The notes below the pieces were generated by a model that was not told where the DNA came from, made no database searches, and saw only the letters and a program-made list of their open reading frames with translations. A program made the position numbers and the translations under genes. Shown piece by piece: positions 1 to 13,193 of a stretch of DNA of 64,000 nt (the stretch's first letter is position 1; every line of letters starts with the position of its first letter). Source of the DNA: Nageia nagi (Eukaryota > Plantae > Pinophyta); NCBI GenBank assembly GCA_050084985.1, contig JBITNC010000001.1, forward strand, positions 202,120,001-202,184,000, read 5' to 3'.

Positions 1-2640
1 AGAAGATTCTCCATCTATTTCAAAAGACAAATTGGTGATCCAAGACTTGTGCCAAAAGCTACTCCTTCTACAAGGTTTCTCAAAATTGGGCATATTACAC
101 AAATCATAGGCTTTATGAAAGAAGAAATTGAAAGGGCGCTTGCATGGACCAATGAAAGAATTGTGTACACCATAGTAGACTCCAATACATTCTATGATAA
201 GGTGAAGCAATTGGTCAAGATGATAAGAGATTGGTTGTGTGATGATTGCAAGGATAATAAAGCTAAAGTGCTAATTCAGCCCAAGAGGGGAGACTTTTAC
301 CCAACCATCTCCAAAATTGTCAGTATGCTATCCAAGGCCACAAAGAATTAAAGGGAAGAAGGAAGATGATGAGGATTTTAGATTAGGCTATAAAGGCCTT
401 TGATGGATGTGTAGATTTCTATTTGGAGGACCTAGACTCATCTTACATCATGGTATATATGGTTTTAGAGAGGCTCCATACTGCTTACTCTGATATGCAA
501 GTGACAGGCTGATTCTGATGGAGTTTTGTAGACATGTGTTATTCTTACATGACAAGGTATGGTGCAAGAAAGGCGCTACTACACACACTTTGCCAATCAC
601 TATTGGAGAGTATGAGCACACCACTTGGCGTTAGATTTCATTCATGAAATGTGAATTGCAACTCCATTCATTTCAGGTAGAAAAGGGAGTGGAAAATTAT
701 GATCTTGTAGGTAAAATTGATGAATTCTAGAGGAAAACTTTTAAATCCACCTCACTTCACCAATTTCTTAGGGATATAGAAAAATATAAAAATGTCATTG
801 ATGAAGAACACATTCAAAATATACATGCTGAAATGGCAAGGAAGAAGAGAGAAATTGAAGAGGGTAGAAAAAAGAAGAAATCTCCATTGCAAGTAAGGAA
901 ATCCCCACCAAGAACTTATATTGCCCCACTTATCTCACCATCTATAGCAATAAAACAAGGAAAAACATGCCAATATGCTACGATGAGTATTTCGGGGCAA
1001 GCTATCAGTGAAAGTGTTCAAGAATTAACTAGAAACCTTACGATCTTAAAAGAAGCTGGGGTTACATCATGTCCTCTCAAGGAACTTAAAAAGGCAGTGG
1101 TAGGTGCTCATCAATGCTTGAATCAAGATGGATTGCCTTACCTTTCTACTCCCATTCCACGACCATCTTCTAGTTCTAATGAGAATGAGAATGACCAAAG
1201 CAGTGACGAAGAGGATACTGCTAGTAAGATGGATGTGAGCACTGAGATAGATCAAGGTAATATTAATAATGGCATGGAGTTAGATTCATCATTAGAGGTC
1301 CTCATGGTCAATCATCCTGTGAAAGGAGTGGGTATACGAGGTGACTAGACATGCAAAATCAAAATTTTCTACACCTCAAAGAAAGAAAAGGATTCCCCTA
1401 CCGCAAAAGAAGGGTACAATGATAGTTCAAAGAGGAACACCTAGGACAAGGGGAATGACCTCTTCTTCATGTGAAAATGGAGGGGATAAAGACAATAAAG
1501 GAGAAGATGAAGAGTAGAGAAATAAAAGAAGACATGTTGAACACCAAGGCAAAAATGGCAAACAAGTGGTGACCTTTGAAGACACTCCATTGGAGGTAGC
1601 TCAAGCTTAAGAACAAAAAGACTAAAATTTGGACATGAATGCACTCTTAGCAAATTTGAGAGCATATCACCTAGGTGAAGCAAATGTTGGCACCTAAACA
1701 GACCGAGAAAAGGATGGAGAACCTGAGCAAGTTTGTGCTTATATCACTATGAAAGAGAAATTTGTTACAAATATAGTCTTCAACGGAAGGAAAAAAGGTT
1801 CAAATGGAGACTCGTCTCTACTAGTTGATACCAAAAAATCGCCTATAGGAAGGATTGGATTGTTGGGAAGGCAAAATGCAATTGTTACCAATGTTGTGGC
1901 TATGCAAGAAGAGGGATCCCAAAAGGATATAGAAATCAAGGAATTAAAGAAAGAGTTGGTTGTGAAAGTAGAGTTAGCAAGAGAGATTGAAGCTGCAAAT
2001 TTGACAATAAAAGACATCAGAAAGCAAATTTCTTTGAATATAAGAATGAAAGTTGTGAAAGAAGATTGGACCAAAGAAATGGTTGACACCATCAAAAGGC
2101 TCTTCTCATAGATAGCTAACTTTTACATTGAAGAAACATGTTCATACACCTTAAGAGATAAGATTCAAGAAATGCTTACAAGATGGGGTTGCAGTTATCA
2201 AGTAATGCATGAGTTGCAGAGAAAATCACACAACAAACCAATAGAACTAGATTATTGCCAATAATTCTTCTACTAGTATGATTGGTTGTACTATGCAGAA
2301 GTCAAATGCCAAGACTTCATTGAAATTAGGATACAATTGAAGAACAACCTGAAAAGGCAAACGGATGAATATTAATACAAAGTAAAATTAACTAAAGAAG
2401 ATGGCTGTGGAAGAGAAGTGGTTTTGGTAATTGATGAAGTCCAATCTATGATCCTAGAGCTGTTGCATAGTGAGGATGTCAATATCCTTAAAACTGAAAA
2501 ATAGATCAAGAATGAGAATAGGCTAATTGTTTGTTGCAATGAGATGGTAAATACTTCAGGACCATCAATGAGTATTTTCTAGCAAATGAAGGCACAATAG
2601 AAATACTTGCCAAAGGAGTAAGCTAGAGGGAGACTTTAAT
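1..2640 (+). pseudogene. Decayed long ORF of the LTR-borne family (copy E)
   Basis: Motifs YIMVYGF..ASDRLILMEFCRHVLFLHDKVW..LPITIGEY (~440-615), NVVAMQEEGSQKDIEIKELKKEL (1749..2111) and YDWL (~2277); many stops and frameshifts. Confidence 0.75.
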
Positions 2641-2857
2641 GGGGGCGAACTTTGAAAAGACTATTGCATCACATTTACAATCCACCAACCAGCCACCTTG
2701 AGTTTAGTCATGGTTCCAATTTTGAGTTTTAAGACTTAGTAATTTATTTTCCTAATTTGATCGGCTGAGTTTTTGCTCCCACAAGTCGAAATGACTTTTT
2801 TATAATTTCAATTGCATTTCAATTTGAATTAGGGCAACACTAGGTAACCCTAAAATC

Positions 2858-2865
2858 TATAAATA
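2858..2865 (+). promoter_or_regulatory. LTR-type TATA box (TATAAATA) downstream of the ORF
   Basis: AGGGCAACAC...CTATAAATAGGCCC. Same context in L (15560-15567, minus) and at the matching position in A copies (44156-44163). Confidence 0.6.
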
Positions 2866-5224
2866 GGCCCTATGGGATCATTATTGTGGTAAAATGAATC
2901 ATTTGCTAGAGAGAAGCAACTTGAAAAATTTGTAAAACACTTTTCCAAATGAATTTAAAGTGATGAACTTAAAGACCAAATTCAATCTATCAACAGTATG
3001 GAGTTGTGGATTGGATCTTTGAATTTGTAGCTTTCTTTTTATGATTCATATGCTTGTATGCCTTTTTCTTTGAAAACTTTTGAGTTTTAAGAAAACTTTG
3101 TTTTTGATTTTTCAAAGCATTTGGATTGTTTTAAGATCATTATTTTTCATAACTTGCATACTAAATGGATATAATATGAAATTGTTTTCTTTCCATGACA
3201 TTTAACTAGAAGTTTTCATTTAAAACGAATTTGTAATTATGTTCTTTTGTCAAGATCATAGGATTGCTAACTAGTCTTGCTCAGGAGAATCGACAATTAA
3301 GCTTTGTTCTAGTTTGAAAATAATTTGGACTATCATTTATTTCAAATTGGATGAATGGAATGAAACTTCTTAATTAATTTGAAGAGGAAATAATTTAGAC
3401 AATGCACCATTGTGATTAGATTTGAAATTTGAACTTAACCACCATTGTTTCATATCATTCTCATTTTGTTCGTTCTTTTAACATTATTGCTTCTTTTTTT
3501 TTTTTACACTGATACAACTTCTAATCACTGTATAACACTCTAGAGGCCTAAAAAAACATGAGTTAACATCCATTGTCTCTCCTGTACTGAAGTGTTCCCA
3601 AAGAGTTACTATATAACATAGCATTTTTGCGAATACATAAACTTTGAGATTTCAATCCGTACAAGAGGGGATAGGTAACACTATCTCACATCAATGCTAT
3701 GATGCTTTCCCGATTTGCCATCTTCTGATGACTTTTGTAAGAGTAAAGATTTTCATCCCAACAGGTGGGTCATTATATTATTAAATATCTAGTTTGTTTT
3801 TGGGAATGCCTAAAGCAGTCATATTCCCTCATCTCGACATTTTCAAAATTGAATACCAATAAAATTTGAGCCTTCATAAGAATATCTTGCACATCTGCTA
3901 TCTGTTGGTATGTATTTCTTTCCTCACCAAAAACATGCAAAAGACTTGGAGGAAACAACATTACTTGTTTCCACCTAAAAGGATTGGATATCCCAAGCGC
4001 TCACATGGAATATGGACTAGGGCACAATGGATAGAGATGCATGTTGTTAACCGTATACAATGGCCGTCGAAATTTGTTTCCATAAAGAGGAAAGATTGCA
4101 AATGTGAATGAAAGCGAAGAAAGATCACAAATGCAAGGATCACTAGTGATGCAATGTCTCAGCAGGTCATCTTCAGATTCGTTAAGAAAATGTATTCACT
4201 TATCAAGCCAGGCAACAGATAGCAAAAGGCTCAAGTTACTACCAAACAAGAGTAGAAAGCTGTAGGGTCTATGATGGAAGACTCAATGGAATGGGATGAA
4301 GGGAAATGACCAACATGTGAATACATAAATTCTAACTGAATGACATAGAGATAAGCTATACGCCCCATAATACATCCACTTACGTGCAAATCATATAATG
4401 AACAATTTAAACCACTTCGAAAGATATTCAATTATCTTCTCCTAAAACTCGTAGTTTTCAAAGAGAATGCATTTAAGCAGTAAAAACTATTCAAACCAGC
4501 AAGAGAATCTTACAGGATAAGATGCATGATCCCATAAATGATTATCTTCACAACATTTACTTTATAGAACCATTTTAGAAAGAAATGAACTCATAATGAT
4601 ATTCAATAGCACGAACGGAACCATTCCTTTCTTGATTGCAGTACTCTCCATATGATATTTAAAGTGAAACAATGATGTGACAATATGCATCAATGATATG
4701 CAAGGAATCCCTTATGCAGCAAATCCTTATGTAATCAACAGTATGCAAAAATCCTCATACATGCAATCATATGCCAAAAATCCCCTTGTAAATGGCCTGA
4801 GTGGGGTATATATAGGTCACTAGAAGTGTTTCCCTAAAGGCATCAAATCTGATATGGTGTGCACACATGCAACACACATACCAATACAAAATCCAATCTC
4901 TCACAAAAGAACTATGCAACTGGCATTTAAAAGACTGACAAAATATAAATGCCTTAGCCGTAATGCATTTAATCTACCTATAATCTATGCAAAAGGAAAT
5001 CGGATATGCAATAAATGTCTGACATCTGAACCGGTAGGAGCAAAACCTCATCCCTACACCGGTCTGAAGCATGAATGAGTATGACAAATTTGATTTGTCG
5101 GGAGCAAAACCTCATCCCTACACTAGTCAAATCAAGTAAATAAAATCTGAACACGACAACTACCATCAATATGCATTAGACAATGGAAAGGATAATCCCA
5201 GAGAGAATTTGTGAGTGGATCAAA

Positions 5225-8135
5225 TTTAGGCTTGATCTGATCCGGCACCAGCAGAGTTCCACTCCTTGTTGGTGAGATCGTACAACTCAATGGTTTCTTC
5301 CAAGAATGCTACGGTCTTCCTTACTCCCTTGAAAACCATGCCAACTATGCTGCCATTCTGCCTGAAGTAGTCTCCAATATGTTTGGATGTAGCTTGTATC
5401 TGAAATCTTTAGATGACCATTTGCCTCTCATGATGAATGGGATGCCTTGCCTACAATAAGTTGAGATCCTTGACCTCAAGATGTTCCTAGATCAGTTTTT
5501 GACCCTCTGCCAACATTGCTTCTTTCCTACACATGTTGTTGTCTTCCCCTTGAAATTTGAGTTGGTATACATATTTGCTCATCTGTTCTTCTACCTTCTT
5601 TCTCAAAGGGATCCTAATCTTCAAAACAACATTACACTTTTCCAGTGCATGCTTCAACCAGTCATGCTGATACATGAATTCATGGAAATAGACTAACTTC
5701 TCAGGTTTGTCAGCAAAGATCTGTTGCAGATGGGTAATGATAGGGAGATGACCATCAAACTTCTTGAGGAGAACTATTATTTGGGACTTCAACTCTCGGA
5801 TCTCAACACCTTCCTCAGGGAGGCTATACATTTGAGAAGATAACTTCTCAGTGGTCTCCATCATCTCTTTTTTCAATTGATCCTTCATCAACTCCCATCC
5901 TACATGGAACGAGGCTTGTTTTTTCAATTCTACGGGGGTGGTGCTAACAGTTTGGAACTCTTTGATGATTTTCCTACTAGCCGTGAGTTCCTTCTTATGT
6001 CTTCTCACCTCTTTCTTGGCTTCATAGCCTTCTTGTTCCATGGCAACAACATTCTGAGTATCAATATACTTCTTGGCTGTCAGACCTAGCTTAATAGGCA
6101 TCTTGAATGTCTCTATCATGCAGTCCTCGGGTCTTTGGGAATGTTTCTCCTTCGAGTAACAGTGGCTGATGGAGATCCCTTTTCTTGAAGTAGAAACGAA
6201 AGTATCTACTCCTTTGACTTTCTCACCATCAGAGAGCTCCTTTTCTTCATCCTCAAACTTGAGGTCCTGGTCCATCTTCTCATCGTGAGTTGTGCTCATG
6301 CTTAAGGCTTTTGGGCAGGCATCTAAGTCAAGATTTGGGTGTTCGGTTATTGGCTTTGGAGGGAGTCTCTGTTCCAGCACTCAGCCTTTATTGATCTTCT
6401 CGACTTCCTTGGTCGAAGTGGCTTGAGTCAAGGGCAACCTCCTTAACCTGGTGCTCATCCTGCTTCCTCTTCTTCTTTTGCTTTTCGGTCTTTCCTTCAT
6501 GTTCTTTGCCTCCACCATCACCACCTAATGATAGGACCTTCTTTCATGGTTGACGGGATCTCTCATGGCTGGTCCTCTTCAAAGAGGGCTTCTGGGAAGA
6601 TGAGGGTGACCTCTTTCTATGTTCAGCAGGAGAGGGTTTGGAAGAACCTACCTCTTTGGCATATTTCACTCCAACTATATGGACTTCTTCATCATAAGTC
6701 CCAACATCTATGAACAAGTCATCATCACTGTTCGGAAGAGAGTTTCAATCTCCTTGTCATTAGGTGCGGAAGGACCTATAGCTACTTTCTCTTGACCAAG
6801 GTACTCATCATCAGTAGCATCATCTACATCATCTTCTTCTCCCTCTTCACCACGACTCTCTTAATTGTTTTCTTGGTTCTTTGTCTCTTCTTCGGAGCCT
6901 TCTTCTGTGTGGTCAGGTTCTTCATCACTTTCTTCACCAGAAGAAGTGGAGTGTGCAGAAGAATTGGAACTTGGTTGCAGTGGGGGAACTTTCTCTCCAC
7001 ATCCAGGAGCATGAGTGAATCTCGGTGGAGTTTCTTCAACAGGGGAAACATTGGAGCATGCTTCCTCCAGCATGCTCAAGGGGACATCATGGTAACCAGT
7101 GTCTTTAAGATCAGCCAGCACCTGCTAGCTTTTCTTTGCTACATCAGCCACCACACTACGTTTACTAGGCTCTGTTGAGGCACGCTCTCTTGAGGCTCCT
7201 TGTCTTTTCCCCATGGGAAGCAAGGATGTCTTGACTTGTGGAGGTGCAATGCTCGCAGAAGGAGGGGACGTTTTGATCCTCAACGGAACCTATTTGGGTG
7301 TTTCCTTTACAGTTCTAGGTATCTGATGTGCCTTCTCTACTTGAAGGGGGGGCTTATTTTTGCTCAAAAGAACATCTATCCTTACTATCGCCTCCTCATC
7401 TCGCACATTTCTCTACTTCTCCGCATTCCCTAAAGATTTTTGTTTGTAAAGAACAAGTTTTGGAATGCGGTGTTGTAGAAACGGGCGATAACACCTCGAG
7501 GATCATAGTTTCTAGCTACTATCTCCTTGAAGAAGACGTATTGTTGTAGCTCCTTCATATGATTAGCCTCAACCCAAGTGTGGCAAACATAACTTGCGAT
7601 GGAAATGGACAAGTTGATGGTTGTGTCCTTTCTCCACACTCCTTCCTTCAAAAATAGCAAGTGTTTGGCAAACTCCATGAGAATCATTCTGTCACTGGCA
7701 TATCTGGGAAGGAGTAGGGGTTGTTCTTCAGAGCCATAGATGTTGATGTAAGCATGATCAACATACTGCAGGTAGAAGTTTGCATGTATACTAATGGCTT
7801 GAACAACAGCATTAGAGATCCTCTTGACTACTGACTTACCTCTGATTTCCTTATAAATGGCATACTCCTACTGGTCATTTCTCTCATGGAAATGCTTGAA
7901 TTTGTTGTGGTACCTCCACTTTGGATAGATTTGCCACATCGAGATGCCCTTCTTTTCTAGATATCTTTCGTCTGCAAGCTCCTTTGATCTGAATTTGTTG
8001 TGCAACAATAGGTACACAAGAGAAGAGTTCATGTAGAACCTCTTGGAAGAGCCAAAGTAGGCCAGCTTGTGGCATAAGGCATCACTAATTACCATGCTCC
8101 ATCGGATAGCTCTCCCTGAGCTGAGCATGGCAATG
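5225..8135 (-). pseudogene. Decayed long ORF of copy A1; N-terminal ~230 codons deleted
   Basis: ORF pieces 7868..8128, 7430..7687, 6861..7121 and 5487..6380 align in order with A3 pieces (RFYMNS, YQHDWLKH). Similarity stops abruptly at ~8140. Confidence 0.85.
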
Positions 8136-8390
8136 AGTCCCTAGGGTGCACAGATTTGGGTACGTGCTTTTCCATTGCTTGAAAAACATGCAACTAGTCC
8201 CTTGATGGGCAAACACATCACTTGGTCAAATCTAAGGCAACAATTTTCCATTTGAAAGGCCAAATCACCACTTCATGCTAGGGCGCACAGAGTTAGGCTC
8301 GTGCTTTTTCATGTCTCGCAAAGTATGCGCCTCAAATTTTCATGCATAAATGAAAGGAGAATGAAGTGCACTTGATAATCATGTATACTT

Positions 8391-8440
8391 AGCTAAATTC
8401 TTGGATCTAGACCTAAGCTAAATTCTTGGATCTAGACCTA
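8391..8440. repeat. 25-bp exact tandem duplication
   Basis: AGCTAAATTCTTGGATCTAGACCTA x2. Confidence 0.85.
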
Positions 8441-10055
8441 GGCGCACTGTTTCAGGTGAGTCCTTGAAGCACTAGTGTGAAAACATGCACTTAGGTCAAT
8501 TTAGGGCAAGCCTTATGTAAAGAAAAATGTTAAGTGAATTCTAAAAAAAGGATCCTTAGATCCAGCTCAACCCTTTACAAAAATGGCTACTGGTAGTTCA
8601 GATGCCTCCTCAAACCCTTCTTTCTCCTGGGTGCACCAATTTAGATGAGTCCTTAAGCATGTTCCAGAAATGGTTCGATTGGGAGACAGCCCAAAATGAA
8701 ATGAAGTAGTAAAATGATACAAGGGGTGACTTCGTATATATATAATCTTCAAACATGCCACTTGTCACCTCTTGGTTGGTTCAAAATGAGTTCAAATGAC
8801 GAAGTGGGGTTGGTGGGTACATAGTTTAGAGTACGTGCAAAAGCATGTCCCAGAATACATGCGCCAACCAACTTTAGTGCATCAAAAGAACTTAGTCAAT
8901 TTTCATCATCCTAAGCATGCTCTAAAAACCGTGCGCACAGTCCTGTGGCACACTCTTCAATGCAACAAATCAATACTTGATGAAAATGACCTTGAAAATC
9001 ACTATCGAGAATAGGGTGCACCGTTTGAGGGACATGCTTTTCTAGGCTTAGCACAACATAATGCTCCGAAACTTGCCAAACAAACTGAATGTTGAAGCTT
9101 ACCTTCCTTTTATAGACTTGCTCAAGTGGACAAGTTTCATGCAACGATTGGCGTGAGTGAAGGTCCAATGCATGTGAACACACGTGTCTCCTTCATAGTG
9201 AATGTCTAGAATCCCATACTTAGCCAAACTTTTGTACTTGAAAGAGGGTGCACTGATTTGGGTGCATGCAAAAGCATGTCCCCAAAACCATGCACTCGGT
9301 CAATTTCACCAATTCTTCTTAAAATTGACTAAGTGTTGAGAATGCTTCTTTTGCTAGGGCGCACCGTTTTTGGCACATGCAAAAGCATGCCCCTCAAAAC
9401 ATGCACTCAGGCTGTTTTGACAATCTTCCTCTGAAATTTGCTAAGTGTGGAAGTACCTCATTTTCCAGGGTGCACTGTTTCTGGTAGATGCAAAAGCATT
9501 TCCCTTAAACCATGCGCTCAGTCACAAAACACGTTGATTTACTTCAAAATGACCAGACTGACCCTCGATAATGGAATGCAATGGAGGGGATGCAATTTCA
9601 CAAAATGGCCAAGTAAAATTGGGCATGAATGATGCAGCTTAAACCCGAAAATGCAAGACTTGACCCAAAACTATGCAATATGAAGAAGGGCGCACATTTC
9701 ATGGTACATACAAAAGCATGCCCCCTAAAACATGCGCCATGGACGTTTGAACATGAAGATGCAAATTTACCACGTCTACCCTGCTTTGGTCTACAATGCA
9801 TGCATTTTACTTAGAAAAATCTTTCATGCCTTTATGTTTCAGTACAATGAGGGTCCTCAAAAATGCAAATTTTTGGGGGGTGTTGTGCAGGCACAACACT
9901 GTCTTGTTTTCAATAAAAGAGAAAGGAGCAGAAGGAAGTCCATTTGATAGCAAATTTTCTACTCATTAAGAGTTAAAGAAGCATAAGGAAGTCCGTGTAA
10001 TAGCATATTCTTATAATGCAAGCTGATCAAGCACAAGGTTAGGCAGATTATTTGC

Positions 10056-11249
10056 TGTGATGATGCAAAATGTAACTCAAAGCAAAATCAGCAAATTCGA
10101 TTACAAAAACCCTAACATCAAGCCTAGGCATCGTCTACAAGCATATACCTTACAAAATTGCCAACGTCTAAGCTAGGGTTACAGGATCAAGCATTTACAA
10201 CATCCATACACCAACGTCTAGCATATCATAATAATATCACTTTACAATGCCAACGTCTGGTTCATGCATACACAAATAAGCAATGGTAACCCAACGAATG
10301 CACAAGACTAACAGAGACAATACAAATATGAGATCCAATGCCCTTTTGGCTATACGAATGATATAGAACGATGATGAATACAATATCAAACCCAAAAGGG
10401 CTAACATTGGCCTCTCAGGAGCCAACTAGGGCAATACAATGTGTCTCTCACCATTGGAACGATATCGGAACCCTGGGACAATATGCCTCCTCAGAATAAG
10501 AATCCTCTCCACCGAAGGAGCCCTCCTCAAACTCTGGATAACCACCGAAGGTAGAAGCAATACCTCGGAATCCTACCAAATGGGCAAAGGTGCTGTGCCG
10601 TAGACAGACAAGATCCCTCAGCCTGAATGCGCTCTAGACGCTGCGCCTAGGAAGGTTGCTTAGCATTGCTAAGACTTGTTGGCCTCTGGACAATATGAAA
10701 GTAATAATAATCAAGTATATCCAGTAATGAGGCTCCAGTGTCTATTTATACATTTGCTCTGTCTGGATCTCACCTAGGAGTCATCACCTGGCTCCTCTAA
10801 TCCAACGTTTGTCTCCTAGAGCCCCAGAATACCCAACGTGGGGGCCGTGGGTGCATTAAGTGCCAACGTGTGAGCCTAGGAGTGCCACGCATGCCCAAGT
10901 GGGTCAAGGGGGCAGACGTGGGGTCTAGGTGTCATGTTGGGCCAACTTGGGAGTATGGGAGCCTCCCCAATCCTGGTGCAAGCATATAAGTGGCTGTCCA
11001 TCACCTCAATGTACAATAGACCTTGGGATTCCCACAATCATGTTTGGGGATCTCCAAATATGACAAATACACCTTATCTAACCTTAGGAGGGAGACATGC
11101 CACTTGGGGCTCACAGTGGGGTCCATTGACCCATTAAGTCTCCTATCCTAAGTTACAAACATGAAAGTATAATGCATAAATTAAGTATATTACAAGAGAT
11201 CCCAATCGGACCCTATAATTAATTACAATTGCGCAAATTGGACATCACA
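10056..11249 (-). mobile_element. Solo LTR (1194 bp), related to the LTR at 48165
   Basis: TGTGA...TCACA termini, perfect TSD TTTGC (10051-10055 / 11250-11254). Shares the AATCCTCTCC..GAAGGAGCC..GAAGGTAGAAGC block with 58161-59372. Confidence 0.88.
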
Positions 11250-12572
11250 TTTGCTGTTATTTTTCTTAAAGGAAAAGAACATAGAAGTCTTAATAGAGCA
11301 AAGCATACTTATATCCATTTAATGCAAAATGAATTGTTCTTGAAAATCTGGCAAAAGTGAGAGTCAAATGGTAATTGGTGTATGATAGGAACAACATCAG
11401 AAGTTTTCAAATGTTTTAAGTCACATAGTGTTTGCAAAGTTTCTGTTTGATAAGGCCTGCCTTTGTCTTCTACTCTCTTACTATGAAGTTTAGCAGCCCA
11501 TCTTAAAACTCTCCATGTAGACAGTTTGGATCGATCAACAATATCGAATGTGCATCTCTTAAACAGCTCTTGTGGTAGTGTAGGATACAAAGAATGAAAT
11601 TCATTTTTGGGAGAGTAGCCATCTTAACACTTTCGTGTATAATGTAAATTATTGAGTACCCTTGCTACGTACCACAATTCTACTTGTATTTTCCATGCAC
11701 GTTTGTCAGCTTTGACATACCTCTATTTTTTGATGTGCTAAGTAATCATTTTAGATGTAATCTTTTCTCATGTAATACAAAAATTGCTGAACAAGCTTTG
11801 CGTATTTCATTTTTTTGTAATTTGTGTCCTTTACCAAATGGTGTTTTTGGAGGAAATATTCCCATTGACAAGTATGCATTACTCTCCTTGTACCATAAAA
11901 ATAACATACGGATTTGAATAGAAAGCATCTGGAATTGCCATTCACCTTGTAGGAGGTCCACCTGAAGTAATTCTACAATGCTGGTTTGCTGTGATAAGCA
12001 CCATCCTAAGTTAATCACTATGGAAGAGGCAAATTGATGTAAGAAATGAACCATGTGGACATTCTTCAGTAATGGGATTAAAACATACAACTGGGCATTG
12101 ATGATAGCTTGACTGGATCTTTATAATTAGCTGAAGGAATTGTATGTAGATAGTATTCTTTGTTCTGGAGTTTCGGTGGAGAAGTACTTGACTAGATTTT
12201 TGATATTTTCTTGGCCTTTAAATTAGGAAGGCATTGGACCAATAAATGTGTTGGTTGAAGTATGTTTTTAAGTTCATTGGTTTTGTTCATGTTGTCTTCT
12301 ATATTCTACATTTTTTATTACAATACCTTTTGTTATATAATTGTAGAGAAACATTGTTCATGTTTATCTTCTTCCTCTGATGTCTGTTTCTTCTTGATAT
12401 TTTTCTTCAATCCGGGTGTATTTTAACTTCCAAACTCTTTTCATGTTTAAAGCATTTTTATAAGGTTCACGCATTATTTATACTTTCAAAGACTACTGCC
12501 TCCGTTTCCTCTGGAATGTTGATATAACCATTAACTTCTTAGAAAATTAGCGTATGTTGGCTTGTAGTGCAG

Positions 12573-12641
12573 ACAAACAACTTCTTAGCACAAGGGGATC
12601 GGACTTCAATGCGGCAGCTTGTAACTGAGAATATGTATTCG
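12573..12641 (+). CDS. MRPL45: Internal exon of host Tim44-domain / mitochondrial ribosomal mL45-like gene (TNNFLAQGDRTSMRQLVTENMYS)
   Basis: Acceptor TGCAG before, donor GTGAGT after, 23 codons, phase 0. Peptide resembles, from memory, the plant Tim44-related mL45 family (Arabidopsis AT5G27395-type). Confidence 0.85.
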
Positions 12642-12921
12642 GTGAGTTTCCAAATTTAAACGTAGGGAACCTCCATAGGTCTTCTGTTTTGCTTTTTTAT
12701 TTTTGTAGCAGAAACCAATTTCCAAATGCTAACCATTATTTCCCTGTATTTTGAGATGTTTATTTAATTGAAATGAACAATTCTTATGAATTGAGCTTTA
12801 TATGATGTATGGAACATGAAAAACACATTGTTCTTGTGTTTTTTTTCATGTAACTGTATATTAAGTTTTTTTTTTTTTCAAATCCTGAATGTGGTATTCT
12901 TGTTTCCTTGCAATCTTTTAG

Positions 12922-13023
12922 ATTTTAAAGAAGGAAATAAAGAATAGGGAGACAACTTGGTCTCGAGTGCATTGGGAAATGATTGGGCCTGCTGTTAGAG
13001 TACGAACATTACAAGCTCGTCTA
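12922..13023 (+). CDS. MRPL45: Internal exon of mL45-like gene (ILKKEIKNRETTWSRVHWEMIGPAVRVRTLQARL)
   Basis: TTTTAG acceptor, GTAAGT donor, 34 codons, in frame with flanking exons. LKxEIK..WxxVxWEMxxPxVxxRTLQARL motif. Confidence 0.88.
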
Positions 13024-13124
13024 GTAAGTCATTTGTGCCAATTTGCCTGAATTTTTTCCCTAATAAAATATGAGAAAATCTTGTCATTTTGCATCTTGAT
13101 TGAGTCTGAGTATTGCTTATGCAG

Positions 13125-13193
13125 ATAGGAGTGGACAAAAATGATTTGGATAAAGCATTTGTGCAACTGACACTGGAAATGATAACCAACCAG
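13125..13193 (+). CDS. MRPL45: Internal exon of mL45-like gene (IGVDKNDLDKAFVQLTLEMITNQ), followed by a GC donor
   Basis: ATGCAG acceptor; CAG|GCATGA donor. Read-through hits TGA after one codon. Peptide continues the family motif. Confidence 0.85.

Larger units (their letters stand above)
1..3763 (+). mobile_element. 3' part of diverged ORF-bearing LTR-like unit (copy E); 5' end outside window
   Basis: Decayed family ORF to ~2640, TATA at 2858, ends TCCCAACA at 3763. Last ~110 bp (TCAATCC.TACAAGAGG..GTAACAC..TCTCAC..GCTTTCCCG) resemble the 3' end of L (14653 side). Confidence 0.7.
3903..9898 (-). mobile_element. ORF-bearing solo-LTR-like unit, copy A1 (5996 bp, internal deletion)
   Basis: Minus-strand termini TGTTGTGCCTGCACAACA...TACCAACA. 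TSD CTATC (3898-3902) / CTGTC (9899-9903), one mismatch. Colinear with A2 and A3. Confidence 0.88.

Noticed and set aside
3764-3780. GGTGGGTCATTA after copy E as a PBS
   Set aside because: I do not recognise tRNA complementarity and no internal domain follows; more likely TSD plus flank.
6792-7178. Hydrophobic ORFs such as 6792..7178, 44732..44932 and 56392..56766 as membrane proteins
   Set aside because: Antisense shadows of Glu/Lys-rich ORF parts or T-rich LTR/UTR sequence; not conserved as ORFs between copies.
9996-10055. TGTAATAGC as LTR start
   Set aside because: No TSD; 10056 gives a perfect TTTGC duplication.
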